A stretch of DNA of 64,000 bases from Alphaproteobacteria bacterium (lineage in GTDB: Bacteria; Pseudomonadota; Alphaproteobacteria; UBA828), in assembly GCA_965221125.1 (NCBI GenBank), contig CBDCRW010000001.1:8972-72971 (forward strand), given 5' to 3'. A program made the position numbers and the translations under genes. Numbering within the stretch: position 1 is the stretch's first letter; each line of letters begins with the position of its first letter. Of this stretch, positions 17,450 to 27,471 are shown piece by piece. Under the pieces are notes generated by a model, which saw only the letters and a list, made by a program, of their open reading frames with translations, ran no database searches and was not told the origin of the DNA.

Positions 17450-20400
17450 CGACCTCTCCTTTCCGTGGCGTTGCCGCCGGCGAAGTACGCCAGCGCGAGC
17501 CGGGCGGCGTCCTGGCCTACGCGCTCGCCGATCAGACGGCCGGGGATGTCGTCGGCCGGCGGGTGGATACCGCCCCAGATGCGCGACAGGCTGCACTGGT
17601 CGGCGGCGTCGCGGTAGGTCGCCCATTGCAGGGTCATGTCGACCGAGGGCCCGCGCTCGAACACCAGAAAGTCGTTCGCCGGAACCGGGAAGGCGCTCAT
17701 GCCGCCGGGGAAGAAGGCATCGCCGGTGAGCGCGGTCAGCACCTCCGCCGCCGCCCTCGAATACGTGGAATGGCCGGAGACGTAGCCGGCGAAGGGCGGG
17801 GTGACGAAAGAGGGCCGCTGGTAGGGCCACCAGTTCTCGGCCAGGATCCAGCCGACGCCGGCCGCGTCGGTCGCGGGATCGTCGACGAAGTCCGGCCCGC
17901 GCCACGCGCGCACCTTGATCTTGCCGGCGTGCGCGCCGTCCTCGCCCGCCAGCGGGTCGCCGGGGCCGACCAGCTCGATGAGGCCGGGAGCAAGCGGGAT
18001 GCCGTCCGGCGACCATGAGGGCAGCGCCGGGTCGCTCGACTGGCCGCGCCCCGCCATGAACCTGAGCGCCGAGATCGGCCTGATGTAGTCGTACCAGCCC
18101 TTGATCGCCCACGAGGCGATGGCGGCGTCGTGCATCGCGCCGCCGAGCGCGAAGTAGGTCTTCACGTCCCATTCCAGCGGGTCGAGCACCAGCCCCGCGC
18201 CGCCCAGCCGCCTGACCAGCGCCGGATGGTCGCTCACCGCATTCAGGATCACGAACCAGTGGCCGGGCGGGGTCTCGGAATCCGGCCCGTCCGCCCAGAA
18301 CTCGGCGAGCACGCGGGTGTAGTCGCCGAGCCGCACGATCTGGGGCGCGTAGGGTGCGCCGGTGGCGGGATTGATCGCATGGCCGGGGCCGTGCGGGTCG
18401 CCGTCGTAGAAGGCAGGGTAGTCCTCCAGTCGGCGTGGCAAGGCCTGAATGTTGCCGATGCCCGACGGCGCGATGTCGATGAGCACGCCGTCATCGGGCG
18501 AGAGCGCGGCCGACCAGCGGGCGACCAGCGCGAAGCCCCACTTGTAGTGCTCGGCGTGCGGCCCCCGCAGCGTCGGCGGCGGGCCGGGGTCGTAGTAGAC
18601 GAGCCAGTCGGTGTTGTCCCGGCGATGGATCGCGAGGTCGTCCCCAGCGAGCGCGAAGGGCGTGACCAGGCCCCATTCCGGCGTCACGAACGCGGGAATG
18701 TCGTCCTCCAGGATGCCCGACTGGCCGACGAACACCGGCAAATCGAGGGGTTGCCAGCGGTCGGGGTCGACGAGTGCGGGATTGCCCGGTTCGGCGGGCT
18801 CCAGCGCCTCGTTGACCGGGCGATAGGCGAGGCTCGCGTAGTCGTCGGCCTCGTTCGATCCGTCCTCGAGACCGCGCGCGATGTAGAACCGCGCGATGCA
18901 GGCGCCGAGCGCCGCCGCCGGCTCGACAGCCTCGCCGCTGCCCGTATCGAAGCCGAGCGCGGCCATCAGCGTGTCCGCGTTGCGCAGCGTCGAGGCCGCG
19001 CCCGGCGATTTCTGAAAACGGTGGCGGACGAGGCGCCAGGCGGCGTGGCTGATCGCCTCTGCCTGCGCGTGTCTCAGGTCGCTGTCCGCCGGCGGGGCCG
19101 CGGCCGGGCAGGGGGCACCGCTCTCGCCGAAGTGGTACGGGGATGCCGCGTCCGACCACGCGGCCCAGGCGTCGTACATCGCGGCCGAGAGGTGGAAGAG
19201 GTTGCGGGCATGGACCGTGGGGCGGGCGAAGTCGTCGCGGATCGCCTGCAGCAGCACCTCCATCCAGCGCCGCGCCACGGAGGCCTCCGCCCGCGCCGGG
19301 CCGGGCAGGTAGTGGGCGAACACGCTCGCGGGCCCGGCCGGCATGGCGAAGGTCGTGACCGGCGCGCGCGCATCGGCGAAGGCGCCGCCGCCCTCGGCGC
19401 TCCAGTGGCTGAAGCGGTAGTGGCCGCGCGCCGGCTCGGCCCTGATGGCGGCGCTCTCGCCTGCGCCGTAATGGCCGGCGCCGGTGCCGCGCGCGACGCG
19501 CAGCAGATGACCTTCGGGCTCCGCCTGGTAGACGGTGATGCGCCGGTCGGCGGCGATGGTCCCGAGCCGGGTGACCTCGCTGCCTGGGCCGGGCCAGCGC
19601 ACCTCGACGGACTGCGCGGCTCGGTTGGAGCCCAGGCCGAAGTGCAGCGTCGCCGGCGCTTGGGAGAGGTAGGCGGTCCCGAGCCGCACCTCCTGCACTT
19701 GATCGCCCGATGCCGTCCGCACCGTGACCCGCGCGCCGACGGCGTCCGGGTTGGCGTGCCGGCCCGCGAGGTCGATGGCAAGCCAGTGGTGGCGCCGCTC
19801 GAAGACGTTGCGGTAGACGGTGGGCGCCGCGCCGTGGTTGGCGATGAGGATGTCCACCCGGCCGTCGCCGTCGTAGTCCGCGCAGACGACGCCCCGGCCC
19901 TGGCCGGTGTGCCGCCCGCCCAGTTCTGCCGCCCGTTCCGTGAAGGTGCCGTCGCCGCCCGCCATGAAGAGCCGCGACGGGTCCTCGGGGAACGCGGCGA
20001 TCTCCCGCTCCTCGCCGTCCGCCTCCTCGACGTACTCGCCGAACCAGCCGTTGGCGACAAACAAATCCTGGTGGCCGTCGTTGTCGAAGTCGGCGAGGCA
20101 GGTGCCCCAGCCGCCGTCACGCACGCCGGCCGCGTCCGTTGCGTCCTCGAACACGCCGTCGCCCCGATTGCGGTAGAGCCGGTTGCCCGTGGGGCCGAAG
20201 CGAGAGCCGCCGTCCGCGTCGTGGATGCTGGCGACGAACCAGTCCATGTCCCCGTCGAGGTCGTAGTCCCCCACCGCGGCGCCCATGCCGTTCTCGTCGG
20301 CGATGGCGTCGCCGGTGATGTCGGTGAAGCTACCGGCGTCGTTGCGCAGCACCTGGCTCGCGTCGAAGTCCCCTGCCAGCAGGATGTCGGGGTCGCCGTC

Positions 20401-21162
20401 GCCGTCGATGTCGGCGAAGGTCGGCGTGAAGGAGAACTCGCGCCTCTCGCCCGTGCGGGGGACCACACCGGGGCGGATCGGCACAAGGTGGCTCACGTCC
20501 TCGTAGCGGCCCTTGCCGTCGTTGCGCCAGAGATAGCGGGCGGGCGGCCTGATCCCGTTCCAGGGCAGGTTCCAGTGGGCGAGGAAGGGGTCGAGGTCGC
20601 CGTCGCCGTCATGGTCGGCGGCGGCCATCGAGTAGACGGAGCGGTCGCTTCCGCTGCCGAACGGGGCGGGCATTTCCGTGAATTGCCCGCTGCCGTCGTT
20701 GCGGAACGCCTGCGTTCCCTCCGCGTGGATCGAGAGGAAGTCCGGCACGCCGTCGTCGTCGAGGTCGATGAAGTAGCCGGCCCGGTCCATCGCCGCCGGC
20801 GCGATGCCGCCGTTCTCGCCGCTGCGGACGAAGCGGCGGCCGTTCCAGCTGAAGAGCCGGCCGGTCTCGCCCGCGCCGTGGGCGACGTAGAGCTCGGGCC
20901 AGCCGTCGCCGTCGATATCGGCAAGGGCGAGGCCGCCGCCCTCCCGGCCTCCCTCGCGCAATTCCGCAGCGTCTTCCTCGTCGCCCGTCTCGACGCGGTA
21001 GCTCAGGCCGACCGTCTCGGTCACGTCGACGAAGCCGGTGCGGGCATCCGTGGCCGGAGACTCCGGATCGGTGCCGCCGGCCGGCCCGGCTGCCGGCAAC
21101 AGGCCGATGAGGCAGGCAAGAACCGCCGAGACGCGCACGCCGTGCAAAGGGGATATCGCCAT
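17446..21162 (-). CDS. exported multidomain protein: FG-GAP/VCBS repeats + UnbV/ASPIC (CRTAC1-like), B-repeat-like linker, C-terminal PAP2/vanadium-haloperoxidase-like domain
   Basis: The signal-like N-terminus is VSAVLACLIGLLPAAG. Repeated DxDGDG FG-GAP calcium motifs include ADIDGDGWPELYV, DHDGDGDLD, DIDGDGDPDILL, DYDLDGDMD, DFDNDGHQDLFV and DYDGDGRVDILI. A UnbV_ASPIC-like block (GARVTVRTASGDQVQEVRLGTAYLSQ..LHFGLG) follows. The C-terminal roughly 610 aa carry all three PAP2/haloperoxidase motifs: KGWYDYIRP (KX6RP), VSGHS and SRIWGGIHPPAD (SRX5HX3D, nt 17549-17586). Confidence 0.75.
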   Translation of the reverse strand: MAISPLHGVRVSAVLACLIGLLPAAGPAGGTDPESPATDARTGFVDVTETVGLSYRVETGDEEDAAELREGGREGGGLALADIDGDGWPELYVAHGAGETGRLFSWNGRRFVRSGENGGIAPAAMDRAGYFIDLDDDGVPDFLSIHAEGTQAFRNDGSGQFTEMPAPFGSGSDRSVYSMAAADHDGDGDLDPFLAHWNLPWNGIRPPARYLWRNDGKGRYEDVSHLVPIRPGVVPRTGERREFSFTPTFADIDGDGDPDILLAGDFDASQVLRNDAGSFTDITGDAIADENGMGAAVGDYDLDGDMDWFVASIHDADGGSRFGPTGNRLYRNRGDGVFEDATDAAGVRDGGWGTCLADFDNDGHQDLFVANGWFGEYVEEADGEEREIAAFPEDPSRLFMAGGDGTFTERAAELGGRHTGQGRGVVCADYDGDGRVDILIANHGAAPTVYRNVFERRHHWLAIDLAGRHANPDAVGARVTVRTASGDQVQEVRLGTAYLSQAPATLHFGLGSNRAAQSVEVRWPGPGSEVTRLGTIAADRRITVYQAEPEGHLLRVARGTGAGHYGAGESAAIRAEPARGHYRFSHWSAEGGGAFADARAPVTTFAMPAGPASVFAHYLPGPARAEASVARRWMEVLLQAIRDDFARPTVHARNLFHLSAAMYDAWAAWSDAASPYHFGESGAPCPAAAPPADSDLRHAQAEAISHAAWRLVRHRFQKSPGAASTLRNADTLMAALGFDTGSGEAVEPAAALGACIARFYIARGLEDGSNEADDYASLAYRPVNEALEPAEPGNPALVDPDRWQPLDLPVFVGQSGILEDDIPAFVTPEWGLVTPFALAGDDLAIHRRDNTDWLVYYDPGPPPTLRGPHAEHYKWGFALVARWSAALSPDDGVLIDIAPSGIGNIQALPRRLEDYPAFYDGDPHGPGHAINPATGAPYAPQIVRLGDYTRVLAEFWADGPDSETPPGHWFVILNAVSDHPALVRRLGGAGLVLDPLEWDVKTYFALGGAMHDAAIASWAIKGWYDYIRPISALRFMAGRGQSSDPALPSWSPDGIPLAPGLIELVGPGDPLAGEDGAHAGKIKVRAWRGPDFVDDPATDAAGVGWILAENWWPYQRPSFVTPPFAGYVSGHSTYSRAAAEVLTALTGDAFFPGGMSAFPVPANDFLVFERGPSVDMTLQWATYRDAADQCSLSRIWGGIHPPADDIPGRLIGERVGQDAARLALAYFAGGNATERRGR

Positions 21163-21318
21163 CCTGCCGCCGCCGTCAGAGACTCGCCCGCTCTATTACC
21201 AAATCTCCGGCATCAACGAAGCAGGGCACGCCGCCGCTAGCGCGCGGTTGCCTCCCCGCGACGCTTGGTGAATTGTCCCCGCAACGCAACCGCCGGACGC
21301 ACGAAGGGGACTGAGCCT

Positions 21319-22407
21319 GTGCCGACAATCGACAAGCTGGAGATCGAACTGTTCCGCCTGCCGCTGCCGGTGCCGATGGGGGCCGCAGCCGCCGGCGTGA
21401 TGACCGCCTTCGACATGGTAACGGCGCGGATCACGGACAGCGACGGTGCAGCGGGCATGGGCTACACCGTGATGCACGAGGGCCAGGGCGGCCCCATCGC
21501 GGCGCTCTGCGACGGGACCTTCCGGCCGAGCGTCGAAGGCCGCGACCCGGACCTGATCGAGACCATCTGGCGGGACATCTACAGGCGCCACCACTATGCC
21601 GGCCGGGGCGGGCCCGTGGGCTTCGCGATGGCGGCGGTGGATGTCGCGCTCTGGGACCTCAAGGGCAACCGGCTCGGCACGCCGCTCTGGCGGCTGCTCG
21701 GCGGCGCGAATCCCTCGGTCAGGGCCTATGCCGGCAACATCGACCTGAACTTCCCCGTGGACAAGCTGCTGGACGGCGGCATGGCGAGCGTCGAGCAGGG
21801 CTTCCGCTCGGTCAAGATGCGGCTCGGCCGCCCGACCATCGCCGAGGACATCGCCCGCGTCGACGCCATGCGCACCCGTCTGCCCGACGACATCGAGCTG
21901 ATGGCGGACGCGAACGAGGCGTGGCGGGTGGACCAGGCGGCGCGCGCCATGACGCTGCTTGAGCCCTTCGACCTGGTCTGGCTTGAGGAACCCATCGCGC
22001 CCGACAACACCGCCGGCTACGCGCACCTGCGCTCGCTCGGCAAGGTGCCGCTTGCGGCGGGCGAGAACCACCACACGCTCGCCGAGTTCGCGGCGCTGAT
22101 CGCAGCCGGCGGCGTCGATTTCCCCGAGCCCGACCTCACCACCTGCGGCGGCATCACGCCCTTCATGAAGATCGCGCATCTCGCGGAAGCCCACGGCCTG
22201 CCGGTGATGAGCCACGGCGCGCACGACCTCCACATCCATCTGCTGGCGGCGGCCCCCAACGCGGCCTACCTGGAGTGGCATGCCTTCGGCACGGAGCGGT
22301 TCATGGCGGACCCGCTGACGGTGAAGGACGGCCATGCGCGCGCGCCGGACCGGCCGGGCCACGGCATCGCCTTCGACTGGCAGGCCCTCGCCGCCTACCG
22401 GCAATGA
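21319..22407 (+). CDS. mandelate racemase/muconate lactonizing enzyme (enolase superfamily) protein
   Basis: GTG 21319 follows AAGGGGA. The N-terminal capping-domain pattern is KLEIELFRLPLPVP...VTARITDSDGAAGMGYT. The metal-ligand region is LMADANEAW..LVWLEEP. Confidence 0.75.
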   Translation: MPTIDKLEIELFRLPLPVPMGAAAAGVMTAFDMVTARITDSDGAAGMGYTVMHEGQGGPIAALCDGTFRPSVEGRDPDLIETIWRDIYRRHHYAGRGGPVGFAMAAVDVALWDLKGNRLGTPLWRLLGGANPSVRAYAGNIDLNFPVDKLLDGGMASVEQGFRSVKMRLGRPTIAEDIARVDAMRTRLPDDIELMADANEAWRVDQAARAMTLLEPFDLVWLEEPIAPDNTAGYAHLRSLGKVPLAAGENHHTLAEFAALIAAGGVDFPEPDLTTCGGITPFMKIAHLAEAHGLPVMSHGAHDLHIHLLAAAPNAAYLEWHAFGTERFMADPLTVKDGHARAPDRPGHGIAFDWQALAAYRQ

Positions 22408-22449
22408 CGGCAATAGAGTGATGGGTTGTGGGTTCGGGGCGAGGTCGTC

Positions 22450-23661
22450 ATGCGTGGCAGTGAGGACAAGCCGCTTCCGCGCCTTGCCAACCGGGCCGCC
22501 AGAAAACTGTTCCTGGAGCGTCACGGTCTGGGGCGGCCGCCGCAGGGAGAAGATCTCACGGGGCTGATCGAGCGGCTGGGCTTCGTCCAGATCGACAGCA
22601 TCGCGACGGTCGAGCGCGCCCACCACATGATCCTGGCCTCCCGGCGCAGGAGCTACCGTCCGCAACAGCTCGACGATCTGCTGGAACGCCGGCGCAAGCT
22701 GTTCGAGCATTGGACCCACGATGCGTCGGTCATCCCCATGTCGTTCTATCCCTATTGGCGGCTGCGCTTCCGCCGCGACGCCGACATGCTGCGCGCGCGC
22801 TGGCGGAAGTGGCGCGGGGCAGGGTTCGAGGAGCGCTTCGACGAGGTGCTGGAGCGTATCCGCGACGGCGGTCCCGTCATGGCGCGCGAATTCGGCGCCG
22901 GCCGGCGGCGCGACGCAGCCGCCTGGTGGGACTGGAATCCGTCGAAGACGGCGCTTGAATTCCTCTGGCGCACCGGCGCGCTCGCCATCGACCGGCGCGA
23001 GGGCTTCCAGAAGGTTTTTGAGCTGGCCGACCGCGTCATCCCGGCCTCCGTCCGCGCCGCCGTGCCGGACGAGCGGGAGACGCTGGACTGGGCCTGCGCG
23101 AGCGCTCTCGACCGGCTCGGCTTCGCCTCCGCACGGGAGATCGCGGCCTTCTGGGACACGGCGTCCCTCGACGAGGCGCGCTCCTGGTGCGCCGCCCGCG
23201 ACGCCGGCGAGCTAGTCGAGGTGGCGGTGGAAGGCGCGCGGCCCGGCGAGGTCCGCCATCTCTTCGCGCGCCCGGACGCATGCGAGCAGGCCGAACGGGC
23301 GCCGGAGCCGCCCGCCCGTGTGCGCGTGCTCAGCCCCTTCGACCCGCTGCTGCGCGACCGCAAGCGCGCCGAATGGCTGTTCGGCTTCCGCTATCGCATC
23401 GAGATCTACGTGGCGGAGAAGAAGCGCGAATACGGCTACTACGTCTTCCCGCTGCTGGAGGGCGACCGGCTGATCGGGCGCATCGACATGCGCCGGCGCG
23501 AGGGCCGCCTCTGCGTGCGCGCGCTCTGGCCCGAGCGGGGCGTGCGCCTCGGCAAGGGACGGCTCGCGCGCATCGGGCGCGAACTCGACCGCATCGCCCG
23601 CTTCTGCGGCTGCGACGGCCCGGCGTTCGAGAACGGATGGATCAGGGAGAGCCGGGAGTAG
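22450..23661 (+). CDS. winged-helix DNA glycosylase-like protein (YcaQ/AlkZ family, DUF1006)
   Basis: RKLFLERHGL....LIERLGFVQIDSIATVERAHHMILASRR...LFEHWTHDASVIP is the characteristic N-terminal pattern of this family. Confidence 0.65.
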   Translation: MRGSEDKPLPRLANRAARKLFLERHGLGRPPQGEDLTGLIERLGFVQIDSIATVERAHHMILASRRRSYRPQQLDDLLERRRKLFEHWTHDASVIPMSFYPYWRLRFRRDADMLRARWRKWRGAGFEERFDEVLERIRDGGPVMAREFGAGRRRDAAAWWDWNPSKTALEFLWRTGALAIDRREGFQKVFELADRVIPASVRAAVPDERETLDWACASALDRLGFASAREIAAFWDTASLDEARSWCAARDAGELVEVAVEGARPGEVRHLFARPDACEQAERAPEPPARVRVLSPFDPLLRDRKRAEWLFGFRYRIEIYVAEKKREYGYYVFPLLEGDRLIGRIDMRRREGRLCVRALWPERGVRLGKGRLARIGRELDRIARFCGCDGPAFENGWIRESRE

Positions 23662-23804
23662 CGCGGGCCGGCGGAGCTTCTACGAAGCCCGGTGCATGGC
23701 CGCGCGAGGCCTGACCGCCACGAACGCGGCCTTTCGCCGCAACCGCCCCTCGACCCGAAGGACACGACACGGCCGCGCGGAGAGCCCGCGCAGGCGCGGC
23801 AGAG

Positions 23805-24473
23805 TCAGCCCTGCGTGAAGGCGTCGCCGTCGAAGCGCTCGCGCGTGGCGATCTCCTCCACCAGGCGGCGCCTCAGCCTGGTGAGCTGCTTCACCGGGCG
23901 GCCGAAGGGCATGACCGCGCAGACGGCGTGATCCTCCGGTATGTTGAGCAGCGACTTGATTTCGGGCTCGTGGGCCACGGGCAGCGTCGTGATCGTGCCG
24001 CCGAACCCGTTCTGCCGGGCCGCCAGCAGCAGGCTCCAGGCGAAGGGATAGATCGAGGCGCCGCCGATCACGCCGACGCGGTCGAGGTACTGGTCGGTCG
24101 CGGCGACGACCTTGAGGTCGACGCAGACGACCAGCACCACGGAGGACTTGATCAACGGCTCGGTCAGCATGGCCGGCGCCGGGGTCGCCTCGATCTGTTC
24201 GTCCGTGAGCTTGGTCGGAACCCACGCGCTCCAGGGGCTCTCGCCGGCGTCGATCTGCGCGCGGTAGCGCTTCGCCACCGGCACCGTCAGGTCGGAAAGC
24301 CGCTGCCTCGTCGCCATGTCGCGCACGATGATGACCCGGTTGCCCTGGCGGTTGCCGCCGCTCGGCGAGAAGCGGGCGTTCTCGATCATCTCGTAGATCA
24401 CCTCGTCGGGCAGGTGATCGTCAGTAAAATCGCGGCAGGCGAAAGTCGTGCGCATGGCCTCGTAAAGTTCCAT
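23805..24473 (-). CDS. nitroreductase family protein
   Basis: ATG 24473 is preceded by GAGGA. MELYEAMRTTFACRDFTDDHLPDEVIYEMIENARFSPSGGNRQ is the typical nitroreductase N-terminus. Confidence 0.75.
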   Translation of the reverse strand: MELYEAMRTTFACRDFTDDHLPDEVIYEMIENARFSPSGGNRQGNRVIIVRDMATRQRLSDLTVPVAKRYRAQIDAGESPWSAWVPTKLTDEQIEATPAPAMLTEPLIKSSVVLVVCVDLKVVAATDQYLDRVGVIGGASIYPFAWSLLLAARQNGFGGTITTLPVAHEPEIKSLLNIPEDHAVCAVMPFGRPVKQLTRLRRRLVEEIATRERFDGDAFTQG

Positions 24474-24592
24474 CGATTCGTCCTCTCGGCGTTCAGCTAG
24501 GTCTCGGGCGCCCACGGAAATCGCCCCGGCGCGCGGCGGGACGCGGGCGGCCGCACCATATCACGCCTGCCGCGACGGCGAGCGCTTCAGCT

Positions 24593-25576
24593 TCAGGCGG
24601 CTGGGTTGCCGTTCAGCGCGTTCATTTCCCGCGCCCGGAAGCATGCGACCTGGCGCCCGGGCAGCAGCTCCTCCGCGTCCGGGTAGGCGTCGTTGCAGTC
24701 GCCGACGGCCCAGGGGCAGCGGCCGTGGAGGTGGCACCCCGGCGGCAGGTCGATGGGGCTCGGGATTTCGCCGCTGAGCAAGAAGCGCGAAAGCTGCTCG
24801 CTCGGATCGGGGTACAGCACCGAGGAGAGCAGCGCCCGGCTGTACGGGTGGAGCGGCTGTTCGAACAGCGCGTCCGAATCGCCGCGCTCCACGATCTTGC
24901 CGAGATACATGATCGCCACGCGATGGCAGACGCGGCGCACCGCCGTCAGGTCGTGCGAGATCAGGAGGTAGGAGAGCGCCAGGTCCTCCTGCAGATCCGT
25001 CAGCAGGTCGAGGATCTCCGCCCGCACGGAGACGTCGAGCGCCGACGTGGGCTCGTCCAGCACCACGAGCTCGGGCTGCGTCGCGATGGCGCGGGCGATG
25101 CCGATGCGCTGCTGCTCGCCGGCGCTGAACTGGTGGGGATACTTGTCCATCGAATCGGCGCCGAGGCGCACCATCTCGAGCACTTCGGCCACCCGCTCGT
25201 GACGCTGCGCCGGGGTCATGTCGCTGCCGAGGAGGATCGGCTCCTCCACGATCTTCCGGATCCGCATGCGCGGGTTGAGCGAGTCGTAGGGCTCCTGGAA
25301 GACCATCTGCACGCGCGGGCGGAGCGCACGAAGCTGGTCGGCCGACATGGTATCGACCTGCGCGCCGTCGAAGGTGATCCGGCCCTCGGTCGGCTCGATC
25401 AGGCGCAGGATGCAGCGCCCCACCGTGGTCTTGCCGGAGCCGCTCTCGCCGACCAGGGCCAGCGTCTCGCCCCGGTCGATGTGGAACGAGACATCGTTGA
25501 TCGCCTTGACGGTCCGCCGGCGGCCCACCGGGAAATGCTTCACGAGGTTGGAGACCTCGAGCAGGCGTTCCGCCAT
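24593..25576 (-). CDS. peptide ABC transporter ATP-binding protein (DppF/OppF-like)
   Basis: It has Walker A GESGSGKTT, the signature FSAGEQQR, Walker B LVVLDEPTSALD and a C-terminal Cys/His-rich oligopeptide-type tail. Confidence 0.85.
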   Translation of the reverse strand: MAERLLEVSNLVKHFPVGRRRTVKAINDVSFHIDRGETLALVGESGSGKTTVGRCILRLIEPTEGRITFDGAQVDTMSADQLRALRPRVQMVFQEPYDSLNPRMRIRKIVEEPILLGSDMTPAQRHERVAEVLEMVRLGADSMDKYPHQFSAGEQQRIGIARAIATQPELVVLDEPTSALDVSVRAEILDLLTDLQEDLALSYLLISHDLTAVRRVCHRVAIMYLGKIVERGDSDALFEQPLHPYSRALLSSVLYPDPSEQLSRFLLSGEIPSPIDLPPGCHLHGRCPWAVGDCNDAYPDAEELLPGRQVACFRAREMNALNGNPAA

Positions 25577-26556
25577 CAGGCCTGCACCTCGCCCCGCGCC
25601 ACCTCGCCGCGCCGGAAACAGCGCGCGGCGTGGCCGTCGTCGACCGGCTCCAGCGCCGGCGCAGACTGCTCGCAGTCCGCGATCGCCACGGGGCAGCGCG
25701 GCGCATAAGCGCAGCCTTGCGTCGCGGCGGACCGCGCCTCCACGGTCGCAGCGGCGGCACGCCGGTCATCCCGCGCCGCGCGCGCGGCCCGCAGCAGGTG
25801 ACGGCTGTAGGGATGGGCGGCGGCGCCGTAGAACACCTCGGTCTCGCCGACCTCGACGATCTGGCCGGCATACATCACCGCCACGCGCTGGCAGTAGTGG
25901 GCGACCACGCCCATGTCGCGCGAGACCAGCATCAACGACGAGCCGAATTCGTGAACCAGTTCCGCCATCAGGTCCAGGATCTGGCGGGCGATGGTCACGT
26001 CGAGCCCTGCCGTCGGCTCGTCCGCCAACAGCAGCTTGGGCGAATGGCTCAGCGCCATGGCGATGACGACGCGCTGGCACATGCCGCCGGAAAGCTCGTG
26101 CGGGTAGGCGCGGACGCGCAGGTGCGGGTCCGGAATCCCCACCGATTCGAGCGCTTCCACGGCAAGCTCCAGCGCCTCCTTGCGGGTGATCTTGCGGTGC
26201 GCGCGGATGCCGTGCGCCAACTGCTCGCCGACGCGGACGAGGGGGTTGAGCTGCTTGCGGGGCTCCGGCGAGGTGAGCGCGATCTTGACGCCGCGAATCT
26301 GCCGCAGCTCCTCCTCCTGCTTGGCGAGCAGGTCTTCGCCGTCGAAGCGGATGCTCCCTCGCTGCACCGTCCAGGGCTCCTGCAGCAGATTGAGGATGGT
26401 GCGCACGAGGACCGTCTTGCCGGCGCCGGATTCGCCTACGATGCCGATGGATTCGCCCGGCTGCACGTTCAGGTCGACGCCATTGAGCACGGGAACCGAC
26501 CCCGACTCCTTGTCGAAGGAAACCCTGACGTCGTCGACGGCAAGCAACGGCTCCAC
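25576..26556 (-). CDS. peptide ABC transporter ATP-binding protein (DppD/OppD-like)
   Basis: It has Walker A GESGAGKT, the signature LSGGMCQR and Walker B LLLADEPTAGLD. Confidence 0.85.
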   Translation of the reverse strand: MEPLLAVDDVRVSFDKESGSVPVLNGVDLNVQPGESIGIVGESGAGKTVLVRTILNLLQEPWTVQRGSIRFDGEDLLAKQEEELRQIRGVKIALTSPEPRKQLNPLVRVGEQLAHGIRAHRKITRKEALELAVEALESVGIPDPHLRVRAYPHELSGGMCQRVVIAMALSHSPKLLLADEPTAGLDVTIARQILDLMAELVHEFGSSLMLVSRDMGVVAHYCQRVAVMYAGQIVEVGETEVFYGAAAHPYSRHLLRAARAARDDRRAAAATVEARSAATQGCAYAPRCPVAIADCEQSAPALEPVDDGHAARCFRRGEVARGEVQA

Positions 26557-26559
26557 CGA

Positions 26560-27471
26560 TCACCTCCTGTTGACGGGGTCCATGTAGTCGCGGATGCCGT
26601 CGCCCACCAGCGCGTAGCCCAGCACCGTGATGCCGAGCGCGAGCCCAGGGAACAACGCCGTCCACCACTGGCCCGTCATCATGTTGGGCGCGCCGATGGA
26701 GATCATCGAGCCCCATTCCGGCGTCGGCTTCGGCACGCCGGCGCCGACGAAGCTCAGCGCTGCCGTCAGCAGGATGGCGAAGCCGATGCCGGGCGAGACG
26801 TTGGCGAGCGCGGGCCCGAGCGCATTGGGCATCACGTGCACGAAGGCGATCCGCGCTTCCTTGTTGCCGGCACACCGCGCCGCCTCGATGAAGGGGCGCT
26901 CCCGTACCTGAAAGACCGCACCCCGTGTCACGCGCAGGAAGTAGGGAATGTTGAGGAAGGCGAGGGCCACGATCACGTTCTCGGTCCCCGGCCCCCGGAA
27001 CCCCACCAGAGCAAGCGCGAATATGAACACCGGGAAGGCCTGCAGGATGTCCGCGCCCCGCATGATCGCCTCGCTGGCGACCCGCGGGATGCCGCGTGCG
27101 CCGGCGTAGAAGCCCGAGACCACGCCCAAGAGCACACCGCCCACGAACGCGATCACCGTGGCCGAGAGCGCGATCGCGAGATCGATGCGGGGCGCCGAGA
27201 TGACGCGCGAGAAGACGTCCATCCCGGAAACGTCGGTGCCCATCCAGTGATCCCCCGAGGGCGGCTGGAGGCCCGCGCCGGGCAGGGCGCGTTCGGGGTG
27301 GTAGGGCGCGATGTAGGGGCCGCAGATGGCGAGGAACACGGTGGCGACGACGACGCAGAGCCCGAAGATGAAGCCCGGCCGACGCCTGGCGAAGGCGAGG
27401 AAGTTGCGGAACTCCGCCGCCGCCGCTTCCTTGCGCGACTGTGGGCCGCCGCTGTCGATGAGCGTCGTCAT
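26560..27471 (-). CDS. peptide ABC transporter permease (DppC/OppC-like)
   Basis: Polytopic membrane protein in the conserved position downstream of the DppB-like gene. Confidence 0.8.
   Translation of the reverse strand: MTTLIDSGGPQSRKEAAAAEFRNFLAFARRRPGFIFGLCVVVATVFLAICGPYIAPYHPERALPGAGLQPPSGDHWMGTDVSGMDVFSRVISAPRIDLAIALSATVIAFVGGVLLGVVSGFYAGARGIPRVASEAIMRGADILQAFPVFIFALALVGFRGPGTENVIVALAFLNIPYFLRVTRGAVFQVRERPFIEAARCAGNKEARIAFVHVMPNALGPALANVSPGIGFAILLTAALSFVGAGVPKPTPEWGSMISIGAPNMMTGQWWTALFPGLALGITVLGYALVGDGIRDYMDPVNRR

Noticed and set aside
22450-23661. The AlkZ/YcaQ-like glycosylase as a self-resistance marker of a genotoxin biosynthetic cluster.
   Set aside because: No PKS, NRPS or tailoring genes lie nearby. 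The neighbours are an enolase-superfamily enzyme and a nitroreductase, so the housekeeping YcaQ-type role is more likely.
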